DNA of 64,000 nucleotides from a virus: IMG/VR virus record IMGVR_UViG_3300042549_010246, positions 1 to 64,000 of that record; one strand, 5' to 3'. Shown piece by piece: positions 39,777 to 48,419 of this stretch (position 1 is its first letter; each line of letters starts with the position of its first letter). The notes under the pieces were generated by a model. It saw only the letters and a program-made list of their open reading frames with translations, ran no database searches and was not told where the DNA came from. The position numbers and the translations under genes were made by a program.

Positions 39777-40558
39777 TGAAAGAACAAAGAATTGCAACAA
39801 AATATGCTCCACTTACGCTGTGTGTGGTTTTGAAAACTGAATTCCCTACCAAATTAAACTTGGTGGTGTTTGATGCAAAAAATCCGAAGAGGAAGTTTAC
39901 TGAGCGTTACAAAACAGTAACAGGGGAAGAAACGCTGTTTGTTCGAATGCCGTTATCTCCTGACACCGCTGTTGTTCAGGTGTTTGGAGGCGCGGGGATT
40001 ACAAAAAAGAATGATTCCAATTTTACTATTGTAAGAGTTTACAAAAAAGGGTTGGAGCGTCGATTTGATTTGAATGATATTGGGAACCCCCAAATACGTT
40101 CATTCGTCAAATTCGCGCAGAAATTTTGTTTTAATGTGAGTGAATTAGAGCCTGAAGAAACTTATCGAAGTGATGACGGAGAATATTTCATTCAGTTAAA
40201 GCAACAAATCAGAGATGCAAATGGAAAAGTGTTGGGTACTCCCGCACGTATTGGCCGTCAGACGGGGGTTATTCAAGTGAGTAAAACACAATTTGAAGCC
40301 TTTACAATTCCTATGCGAATGGCAATATTGCTCCACGAATTTTCACATTTTTACTTAAATGAAAAAATGGATGATGAAATGGAGGCAGACTTAAATGGAT
40401 TGTTGATTTATCTCGGACTTGGATATCCAAGGATTGAGGCTTATCAAGCGTTTCTTGAAACATTCAAAAATGCACCAAGCAACTTGAATAAAAAACGCTA
40501 TGATATGATTAATAACTTCATCAACAATTTTGAAAAAATGGACATTGTAATAAAATAG
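39776..40558 (+). CDS. HExxH zinc metalloprotease (zincin)
   Basis: ILLHEFSH...EMEAD. Confidence 0.75.
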   Translation: MKEQRIATKYAPLTLCVVLKTEFPTKLNLVVFDAKNPKRKFTERYKTVTGEETLFVRMPLSPDTAVVQVFGGAGITKKNDSNFTIVRVYKKGLERRFDLNDIGNPQIRSFVKFAQKFCFNVSELEPEETYRSDDGEYFIQLKQQIRDANGKVLGTPARIGRQTGVIQVSKTQFEAFTIPMRMAILLHEFSHFYLNEKMDDEMEADLNGLLIYLGLGYPRIEAYQAFLETFKNAPSNLNKKRYDMINNFINNFEKMDIVIK

Positions 40559-40560
40559 AG

Positions 40561-40983
40561 ATGGCAGTTACAACTTGGAATACAGCACCTAATTATGATG
40601 AATGGGGTCCTGATGACTCTTGGAGTTGCGAGGATTGGATACAATGGCACAAATTGCTAAAATTAAAGTTTGGCAAGGAAAAGGCTAATTATGTTTGGAA
40701 TTATGCTTACGCTCAAGGTACGCAAGGAGCATCCCATTGGAGTTGCAGGACAAGCAATACTGCGTTTCGTAATTATACATCCAAAGAAGGATTGAATCCG
40801 TATGAGAGTGCGGGGGCATTCGCTCCAATTTTGAATGTTATTGGAGGAGTGGGCGACGTTGTTAGTGGCACAGGAGATGTATTGTCCAATTTGGGAAAAA
40901 ATTTGAAAATAATCACATATATAGCCGTTTTAGGTGTGGCTATTTATGTAGGTGTAACCGTTTATAAAAAGACGAAACAATGA
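40561..40983 (+). CDS. Membrane protein (Trp-rich N-terminus, C-terminal TM)
   Basis: WSCEDWIQWH; TM followed by KK. Confidence 0.7.
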   Translation: MAVTTWNTAPNYDEWGPDDSWSCEDWIQWHKLLKLKFGKEKANYVWNYAYAQGTQGASHWSCRTSNTAFRNYTSKEGLNPYESAGAFAPILNVIGGVGDVVSGTGDVLSNLGKNLKIITYIAVLGVAIYVGVTVYKKTKQ

Positions 40984-41138
40984 AAAAAGAATTTATCTAT
41001 ATCGGTGGTATATTGATTTCGTTAGGTGCAATTTATTATATTTTTAATCAATACAAAAAAAATAAGGATGGTTCAGCCGCTTTAGAAGATAAAGAAATCA
41101 TAGCGTTGTTTAAAAAAATTGATTCAGCAAAAAAATGA
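40980..41138 (+). CDS. Small membrane protein (52 aa, not in track)
   Basis: MKKEFIYIGGILISLGAIYYIFNQYKK... Confidence 0.7.
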   Translation: MKKEFIYIGGILISLGAIYYIFNQYKKNKDGSAALEDKEIIALFKKIDSAKK

Positions 41139-41680
41139 GCGCAGAAAAAGGATTGAAATATGGGTTTTTTGCCTTGGCAGGGATTGCAGTAATTCTTGGT
41201 GTAGTATTATTGGGCAAAAAGAAACCCGATGACGACGGGGGCGGGGGAGATGAAGTTGAACCTGTAAAACCAAATCAGCCCGTAATTGACCCAAGGCAAG
41301 CGGCAGTACCGTTGGATTTAAAAGCAATTCTTGCAAGCAAAGACCCTATGTCACTATTGAAAGGTCGAAAACTTTATGCAAAAATTAACAAAGCAAAAGG
41401 TAGAAACGAAGCAAGAGTAAATGATGGTTGGGGATTAGGTAGTAATGTAATTTTCGAAAGTACGCCCGAAGGGGAATTTCTTGGGTATGCACAATTTGTT
41501 TCAAATGATAGAAATTCCGCTAAAGATGCTAAGGGTAAAGTGTATAAATGGATTCGCATTACTTTAGACGATAAGGCTTGGAATCGATACAATGACACCA
41601 AATCTTTCTTGACTCGACAGTTAGTAAAAAATAAAAATAATGATTGGGCTTACTTCAGAGAAGATGTAATTAGATTTTAA
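41135..41680 (+). CDS. TM-anchored protein with SH3b-like domain
   Basis: N-terminal TM; KWIRI...WAYFREDVI. Confidence 0.5.
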   Translation: MSAEKGLKYGFFALAGIAVILGVVLLGKKKPDDDGGGGDEVEPVKPNQPVIDPRQAAVPLDLKAILASKDPMSLLKGRKLYAKINKAKGRNEARVNDGWGLGSNVIFESTPEGEFLGYAQFVSNDRNSAKDAKGKVYKWIRITLDDKAWNRYNDTKSFLTRQLVKNKNNDWAYFREDVIRF

Positions 41681-41681
41681 T

Positions 41682-42230
41682 ATGAAAAAAATAGTACTGA
41701 ATAAAAATTTACAATATGGCCTTTACGTAGTAGCGGCTATAATTGGTGGTTTTGCAATAGTAAAAATTGTCAAAGCAATTAAAGACAATGCGGATAAAGG
41801 TGATGATGATGACAAAAAGCCTGAACCTGAAACCAAAACGGTTTATGTAGATGCATACTTGTCGAAGTTACCTTTAGGAGTAGATAATTTGACTTGGGGT
41901 TCACGAATCCCCGCGAAGTATTTACCGTCTTTTAATGCTATTTCAGCAGCCAATTCAGATGCTACATTTAAAGCGAATGCTATCAGAGTTCAAACTTTGT
42001 TGAATCAAAGACTTGCCGCGATTGGTGGTGCTTACCCAAAAATAACAGTTGATGGAAAAATTGGTGAAGAAACAACCAAAGCGATGTTGGCAGTTGCAAG
42101 CCAATATGGTAGATTGAACTTATTACCTTTAACGAAAAAAGAAGACCTGAACAATTGGTTGACTTTTTTCAATGTAAAATCAACTTCGGATTCTTCTCCA
42201 AAGAATGAATTCCCATTTTTCAACAAATAA
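41682..42230 (+). CDS. TM-anchored peptidoglycan-binding protein
   Basis: VQTLLN...VDGKIGEETTKAM (PG_binding_1 pattern). Confidence 0.7.
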   Translation: MKKIVLNKNLQYGLYVVAAIIGGFAIVKIVKAIKDNADKGDDDDKKPEPETKTVYVDAYLSKLPLGVDNLTWGSRIPAKYLPSFNAISAANSDATFKANAIRVQTLLNQRLAAIGGAYPKITVDGKIGEETTKAMLAVASQYGRLNLLPLTKKEDLNNWLTFFNVKSTSDSSPKNEFPFFNK

Positions 42231-42242
42231 TACGATAAGAAT

Positions 42243-42803
42243 ATGGACATAGATTCTTTTTTCACAGATGGCGACCTAAGTTTCGGAATGGACGGTGCAA
42301 GCCCTAAATTCAAAAACTTTGCAGGAACAGGTCAAAATGTTTCGAGGGGACCTAAATATGGTGAATTTCAATTCAATAAATACCCCGAGTATGGGTTTAC
42401 TGATGATATTTATTCAAACGCTACGGGCGGTTCAAGGTTAAATCAGCCAACGGAATGGTATGTTTCAAAACTTTCCGAAGCCGATAAAAAAGACTGTAAA
42501 AAATTGCAGGGTATTATGGATAATATTTCCATAGATATTGATAAGAACAACAAAAAAATAAGCACTGCAAAAAGAGGTGAAAGAAGAGTTCTTGAAGAGT
42601 ATAACAAGGGCTTGGAATTGGCAGGCAAAAGAGTATTGGAATTAATGAACGCTGCAAATTGCACTCTCGTTCAGCAGGAAGAATTTAATAAAGCGTTAGG
42701 CGCGGCAGGTGCACCATCAAAATCATCGAAAGTTGTTTTGTATGTTGGCATTGGAGTTGCAGCCTTGGCTCTTGGAGTTGTACTTTACAAAAAATTTAAG
42801 TAA
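42243..42803 (+). CDS. Membrane protein (C-terminal TM)
   Basis: YSNATGG motif, helical core and TM. Confidence 0.7.
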   Translation: MDIDSFFTDGDLSFGMDGASPKFKNFAGTGQNVSRGPKYGEFQFNKYPEYGFTDDIYSNATGGSRLNQPTEWYVSKLSEADKKDCKKLQGIMDNISIDIDKNNKKISTAKRGERRVLEEYNKGLELAGKRVLELMNAANCTLVQQEEFNKALGAAGAPSKSSKVVLYVGIGVAALALGVVLYKKFK

Positions 42804-43570
42804 TGAGAACAAACATCAGTAAACAATTGGGATTACCCATCGCTCCCCCACAGCCTAAAGCACCGTCTATAGAGGCTCAATTGGGTTTTGTAGCAGAATA
42901 TGATAATTCTTTGAATAAAAGTAATTTTAATTTCGTAGCAGAATATGATAAGTCTTTAAACACCAAAAATAATGGTGGCTATTTTGACGCTACAGGAGAA
43001 GAAAAGAACTTCAAAGAATATTACAAAGGAAATGTTGCAAACGTTCGCGCTTTGTTGGCACAGGAGAAAATTTCTACCTCAGAGGATTTAGATTTTCTTG
43101 AAGCCAAGAAAAAGTTTTATCAAGAAGGAAAGAAATCTTTGGAAAAAGATATCAATGGTATCAAAATAAATCAAGCACAAAAAGCATTTGGGACGCAAGC
43201 CTATACACAGCGCGGAAAATATGTTTCTCAATTATGGAGCGTAGATAAAACAATCGAATTGATTGATGAAAGAATTGCGGATGTAAAAGTCATTTTGGAG
43301 AAAAGAGCGGCAAAGGCGAAGGCTGATGCAGATGCGGCAGCAGCAAAAATGAAAGCAGAAGCAGAAGCCGCCAAACAAGCAAAAATCAATGCATTAAAAA
43401 AACAAATTGCAGAATCTAATGACCCGAATGCCAAAAAACAACTGAAGGACCAATTGAATGATTTATTGCAGGAAGGAACTGAAGGAGTGAAATCAAACAA
43501 ATTTATTTTGATTGGTGGAGCGGTAGCCGTCATTGGAATTTTGTATTACTTTTTTAGAAACAAGGAATAA
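42803..43570 (+). CDS. Coiled-coil membrane protein
   Basis: Duplicated FVAEYD.SLN, YFDATG, Ala/Lys coil and C-terminal TM. Confidence 0.75.
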   Translation: MRTNISKQLGLPIAPPQPKAPSIEAQLGFVAEYDNSLNKSNFNFVAEYDKSLNTKNNGGYFDATGEEKNFKEYYKGNVANVRALLAQEKISTSEDLDFLEAKKKFYQEGKKSLEKDINGIKINQAQKAFGTQAYTQRGKYVSQLWSVDKTIELIDERIADVKVILEKRAAKAKADADAAAAKMKAEAEAAKQAKINALKKQIAESNDPNAKKQLKDQLNDLLQEGTEGVKSNKFILIGGAVAVIGILYYFFRNKE

Positions 43571-43572
43571 TT

Positions 43573-43869
43573 ATGTCAATTCAATATCAAGGTGCAGGTT
43601 ATAGTTCATTTGAAGAATTTATGAATGATACGGGCGTAGACAAAGATAATTTTGCCGATGCTAAAAAATCAGCAAATCAATTTGGAACCAAGTTTCAAGA
43701 AACATTCAATAAAGAATTTAAAAACCAATATACGGAGGCTAAAGAAAGGGCCAAAAGATTGGATTCGCAACCAAAAGTGTTGAATCCCATTCCCAACAGT
43801 TTATTGTATTTTGGATTGGTGACGGCAGGTATTTATTTGGCATATTCGTTTATTTTCAAATCAGAATGA
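43573..43869 (+). CDS. Small membrane protein
   Basis: C-terminal TM. Confidence 0.7.
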   Translation: MSIQYQGAGYSSFEEFMNDTGVDKDNFADAKKSANQFGTKFQETFNKEFKNQYTEAKERAKRLDSQPKVLNPIPNSLLYFGLVTAGIYLAYSFIFKSE

Positions 43870-44378
43870 AGAAAAAATTATTAATCATTGGAGGTGCTAC
43901 AATTGTAGCCGCGATAGCGTTCAGGACGTTATATAAGAACTTGTATTTAGCAGGTCAATGGGATTTTAATATGGGTACTTTCGGCATAAAATCTTTAAAG
44001 CCCCTTATAGTAACCCAAACTATTGATTTTATCAACAAAAGCAATTTAAAGTTAACTGTGAAAAACATCAAAATTGGTGTTTATAGCAATGATATCAGAA
44101 TCGGTCAAATCGATAGGGCTAATGAGCAAACTATCGGCCCAAAAGGTATCAGTAAGTTCACTTTAGAGTATGCTTTAACTCCAACTTTAGGGAATCAAGC
44201 CGCTAAAGATGCAATTACAAAAGTCGCGTCTACCTATTTGCAGACAAAAGACTTACCTGTGGACTTTGTTGGTTCCCTTGACGTAAAAACTCCATTTGGT
44301 TTTGTGACCGTTCCCGTAAGATATTCATCCACGGGGAAAAATTTATACAAATTGTGGTATGAATATATGAACGGATAA
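43866..44378 (+). CDS. TM-anchored LEA_2/WHy-like protein
   Basis: INKSNLKLTVKNIKIGVY...IG...TIGPKG. Confidence 0.6.
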   Translation: MKKKLLIIGGATIVAAIAFRTLYKNLYLAGQWDFNMGTFGIKSLKPLIVTQTIDFINKSNLKLTVKNIKIGVYSNDIRIGQIDRANEQTIGPKGISKFTLEYALTPTLGNQAAKDAITKVASTYLQTKDLPVDFVGSLDVKTPFGFVTVPVRYSSTGKNLYKLWYEYMNG

Positions 44379-44410
44379 TTGCTATATTTGAGCAATAGTT
44401 GTGTACATAT

Positions 44411-44788
44411 ATGAATATTAAAAAAGATTTTTTTAAAGGAGTCAGTCTTTATGCTACCGAATCTTCGGTTCAAGAAACAGAAGTGCAGGTTAGATTGACT
44501 ATTGGTCAGACCGAATCTGAGCCTATTAATTATCAGTGGTGCATTAATTGGCAGCCCAATCGTGTTACTAATTATAACGAAGTAATGGGGCGCAAAATTA
44601 TCAATATCACTGAGGCTTTAGTGGTTCCTATGTTGCATCAAGCAATGGTCAAGTGGGCAAGAACGCTTGACATTTCATTTGAAGATTTCAGTGGTTTTTT
44701 GTTCAAAAAAGACGATGTTATTGGTGTTGCTATCTACGATAAGACAACTCCAAAAAAATTATGTCCAATTGAAGAATTACTTGGATGA
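44411..44788 (+). CDS. Hypothetical protein
   Basis: ATG at 44411; TATATTTG -7-like box at 44383. Confidence 0.65.
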   Translation: MNIKKDFFKGVSLYATESSVQETEVQVRLTIGQTESEPINYQWCINWQPNRVTNYNEVMGRKIINITEALVVPMLHQAMVKWARTLDISFEDFSGFLFKKDDVIGVAIYDKTTPKKLCPIEELLG

Positions 44789-45669
44789 GCATCAAAGTAG
44801 CACGAAGTTCACATTGGGTGATTCGAACTCTTGAAGGGAATGGTTTAGCCGTTTACTTAGGAGAAGATGAGCAAATTTATGTCAAAGACCAAAATGGGAC
44901 CATTCAATTATTAAAAGAACTTCTCGGGTCGCTATCCTTAGATATTCCCGAAGGTGGTTTTCAAAGTGGAACTTCAGGAACATCGGGTAAAACAAACGGA
45001 ACATCGGGCTCATCGGGAACGAGCGGTTCGAATGGTCAAGACGGAACATCAGGTCAAAACGGAGTCGATGGAACTTCAGGGTCATCAGGCTCATCAGGGA
45101 GTGCGGGTACGAGCGGGGTGGATGGAAGTTCAGGCTCTTCGGGTATTAGTGGTGTGGATGGAAGTTCAGGCTCTTCAGGAATTTCAGGTTTCAATGGTGT
45201 AGATGGTTCTTCGGGAACAAGCGGTAATGGTGGAACGAATGGTACGAGTGGTATTAATGGTACCTCAGGTTCTTCGGGAAAAGATGGAGATATTGGGGTT
45301 AAAGGAAGTAATGGAACATCGGGTTCTTCGGGTATTTGCGGTTCCTCAGGTACAAGCGGTAAAGGATATTCTTTTGAAGAAATTGAAAGTCGTTCTAAGA
45401 CAATATTGGATTTTACAAAAAGTCAAATACTTTCCTTAAATTTGAATAATAACACGACCCTAAATTTTGCAGGTTTTCCTGTCGGAATATTTTATCTGAT
45501 TGTGAAGCAAGGTATTGGTAATTACAGTGTTAATTTGCCTTACGTTGTCAAACAACCAAAAGGTTTTGAATATGTTCCAAGCATTTACCCAAATGCTGTA
45601 GATGTGTTACAATTTATGTGCGATGGCACATCATTTTATGTGATTGACTGTAAAAAAGAATTGCAATGA
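44785..45669 (+). CDS. Short collagen-like fibre or spike protein
   Basis: About 41 G-X-Y triplets (GTS/GSS/GVD) between globular domains. Confidence 0.75.
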   Translation: MSIKVARSSHWVIRTLEGNGLAVYLGEDEQIYVKDQNGTIQLLKELLGSLSLDIPEGGFQSGTSGTSGKTNGTSGSSGTSGSNGQDGTSGQNGVDGTSGSSGSSGSAGTSGVDGSSGSSGISGVDGSSGSSGISGFNGVDGSSGTSGNGGTNGTSGINGTSGSSGKDGDIGVKGSNGTSGSSGICGSSGTSGKGYSFEEIESRSKTILDFTKSQILSLNLNNNTTLNFAGFPVGIFYLIVKQGIGNYSVNLPYVVKQPKGFEYVPSIYPNAVDVLQFMCDGTSFYVIDCKKELQ

Positions 45670-46433
45670 CCAATATTTTAACCACGAGTTTAGGAAGAAA
45701 CATTAATACCGTAGAGGGTAATGGTCTTGCTATATTCGTTGACGACACGGATTTCGTGTTGAAGTTAAAAGACGTTGATGGCAATATACAACCTGTAACA
45801 GACTTCACAGGTAGCGGTGGAACGAGCGGTGGTGGAATACAATCCATCAATGCCTTGACAGCACCCGCGCAATTTTTGGTGACAGGTACTTCAGGAAATG
45901 ATTTTGCGGTACAGTCTTCAGGCAATACACATACCTTTAATTTGCCAAATGCGAGTACAAGCGCACGAGGTGTAGTTAGCACGGGCCCACAAACAATCAA
46001 AGGGATAAAAACATTTACAGACAATGCATTTTTTCAAGGCGATGTTGATATTTTAGGTACGCTTACAGCGGAAGCAAAATCGTTCTTGATTCCACACCCC
46101 GACCCTGACAAACAAGGGTGGGATTTACAACACGGAAACTTGGAGGGTGGCGAACACGGTATTTATCACCGTGGCCGTCTTCAGGGGACAAATATGATAT
46201 ATCTACCTTCATATTGGAAGTTTTTGGTGAGTCAGCATACCATTACGGTACACTTGACAAGTGCCAAAGGCAACTTCAATTATTTCGTAGAAGATGTGAC
46301 TTTAGAAACTATTAGAATTGCAAAATCCGAGGGTGATTGGTACTCTTATGATTGCTATTTTATAATTCACGCTGAAAGACGAGATATTGGCAAATTGAAG
46401 GTGGAAATTACACCTCAAGAAAAGCAATATTGA
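45666..46433 (+). CDS. Fibre or spike-associated protein
   Basis: N-terminus shared with the previous gene; KSFLIPHP...LEGGEHGIYHRG domain typical of viral fibres. Confidence 0.6.
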   Translation: MTNILTTSLGRNINTVEGNGLAIFVDDTDFVLKLKDVDGNIQPVTDFTGSGGTSGGGIQSINALTAPAQFLVTGTSGNDFAVQSSGNTHTFNLPNASTSARGVVSTGPQTIKGIKTFTDNAFFQGDVDILGTLTAEAKSFLIPHPDPDKQGWDLQHGNLEGGEHGIYHRGRLQGTNMIYLPSYWKFLVSQHTITVHLTSAKGNFNYFVEDVTLETIRIAKSEGDWYSYDCYFIIHAERRDIGKLKVEITPQEKQY

Positions 46434-48409
46434 TGAAAAAAATACTCCATTTAATTCCTCACCTGAGCACGGGTGGGTGCCCCCAATTCGCTTACGATTT
46501 ATTAAGAAAAACCAAAGATACCACAGATGCTTATGTGGTTGAATATGCATTTATTGCTTGGGACTATGTTGTGCAAAGAAATCGAATTATCGATTTGATG
46601 CAAGACAGATTTTTTTCTTTAGGAGAGCAGAAGGAGCAACTCTTTGACATTATTGATACGATTAAGCCCGATGTCATTCATATTCAAGAATTCCCTGAAT
46701 ATTTTATGGACGATGAAATCGCGCGTAAATTGTACAATAAGAATCGAGAATATGTAATTGTAGAAACGAGTCACGACAGTGGATTTAATCCCGCGAATAA
46801 GCGGTTTTTCTCAGACCATTTAGCATTGATAAGCCAATGGCAAATTGATAAATTCAAGGATTATGAAATACCGATTACTCTGTTAGAAAGTGACATTGAA
46901 TACAAAACCAAAATTCCCAATCAGAGGGAACAAGGGTTATTAAAACTTGGATTGGACCCCAATAAAAAACACGTTTTGAACGTGGGTCTTTGGACAAGTA
47001 GAAAAAACCAAGCGGAAGCCTTACAGTATGCGAAAGAACTTGAATGGTGTTCTGATATCCAATTTCATTTTATTGGGAATCAGGCTCCTAATTTTGAGAA
47101 TTATTGGGCTCCGTTGATGCACGACTTACCATCAAATGTGCAAGTTTGGGGTGAGAGGAGCGATGTGCATTCATTTTATGAGTGTATGGACCTGTTCCTC
47201 TTCACATCGCGAGGCACAAATGGCGATATGGAAACAAGTCCGTTGGTTCTCAGAGAGGCAACAGGACATCAAATGCCGATACTGATGTACAACCTCCCTG
47301 TGTATCTGAATTACTATGATAGGTTTTCGAACGTTAATTACCTCAGCGATTTCACAACCAACAAAAATTTAATTTTGTCACTATTGAAAATTGAAGAAGA
47401 ATCTTCAAGCGAATTATTCAAATTTGATTACGCAATTGCTGATAATAAAATTTTCATCAACTATCAAAAAGACAGCAAAATCGAGGTTTGGTTTTCAATA
47501 TGCGATACTGATACCAAACACGCAATTTATGCTTTCAAAGGGCAATTTGAATACAAATCTTCGATGTGGGTAATCCCTATCCCAAAAGATACTTTTGACA
47601 CTATATACAACTCCAAAGGCAATTTCAGAGGTTTTGAAATATCTGTTTGGGACAGTTTGCAAGAGAACAAATTAGACAGCGAAATTATTTGGTTCAATCA
47701 GACTTTACCCATCCCAAATTTTAGAGTATTTGAAACAAATCCTTGGAATTTTACTTGGTCTAATTACAATGAAATGTTCATTGATAAATATTATGAAAAA
47801 ACCAACATTGTAGTTGGTAAGGTTTGCTTAGATATTGGGGCAAATGATGGTTTATTTACTGAATGGTTAATTAGTCAAGGTGTTGAGAAAATTTATGCGA
47901 TTGAATGCGACCCAAGGTGTATAAAATTTTTAAATAAAAAATTCAACTCAAATAAAAATGTGACTGTAATAAACAAGGCTCTATGGAAAGAAAATCAAAG
48001 TGAAATGAAACTTTATTATGTTGATGACACCTCGGTTTTTAGTAGTTTGAAAGAAGAAGGTAATTGTAAGGGTAAGAATTATTATGATGTTTGTTCTTGG
48101 GATTTTGAAACATTAATTAGTAAACACAACATCAATCAAATAGACTTATTTAAAATAGATATCGAGGGTGCGGAATATGAAGTATTTGAATCGATGACTG
48201 ATGAGCAAATTAGTAAAATAAATTCGTTTTTGATTGAAATCCATTTAAATACAAATGGTCAAGTTTATAAAATAACTGATAGATTCAAAATGTTAGGTTA
48301 TGAAATACAGTTCAGAGAGCATAAAAATAACAGTTTGATAAATAATGAATTGGAATGGAAAAATTATGAATGGGCTTATTTAACAGCAACCAAAAAAGTA
48401 AATTATTAA
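46433..48409 (+). CDS. GT4 glycosyltransferase-FkbM methyltransferase fusion
   Basis: PHLSTGG, RKNQ and ETSPLVLREA; LDIGANDG and FKIDIEGAE. Confidence 0.85.
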   Translation: MKKILHLIPHLSTGGCPQFAYDLLRKTKDTTDAYVVEYAFIAWDYVVQRNRIIDLMQDRFFSLGEQKEQLFDIIDTIKPDVIHIQEFPEYFMDDEIARKLYNKNREYVIVETSHDSGFNPANKRFFSDHLALISQWQIDKFKDYEIPITLLESDIEYKTKIPNQREQGLLKLGLDPNKKHVLNVGLWTSRKNQAEALQYAKELEWCSDIQFHFIGNQAPNFENYWAPLMHDLPSNVQVWGERSDVHSFYECMDLFLFTSRGTNGDMETSPLVLREATGHQMPILMYNLPVYLNYYDRFSNVNYLSDFTTNKNLILSLLKIEEESSSELFKFDYAIADNKIFINYQKDSKIEVWFSICDTDTKHAIYAFKGQFEYKSSMWVIPIPKDTFDTIYNSKGNFRGFEISVWDSLQENKLDSEIIWFNQTLPIPNFRVFETNPWNFTWSNYNEMFIDKYYEKTNIVVGKVCLDIGANDGLFTEWLISQGVEKIYAIECDPRCIKFLNKKFNSNKNVTVINKALWKENQSEMKLYYVDDTSVFSSLKEEGNCKGKNYYDVCSWDFETLISKHNINQIDLFKIDIEGAEYEVFESMTDEQISKINSFLIEIHLNTNGQVYKITDRFKMLGYEIQFREHKNNSLINNELEWKNYEWAYLTATKKVNY

Positions 48410-48419
48410 AATTAAATAT

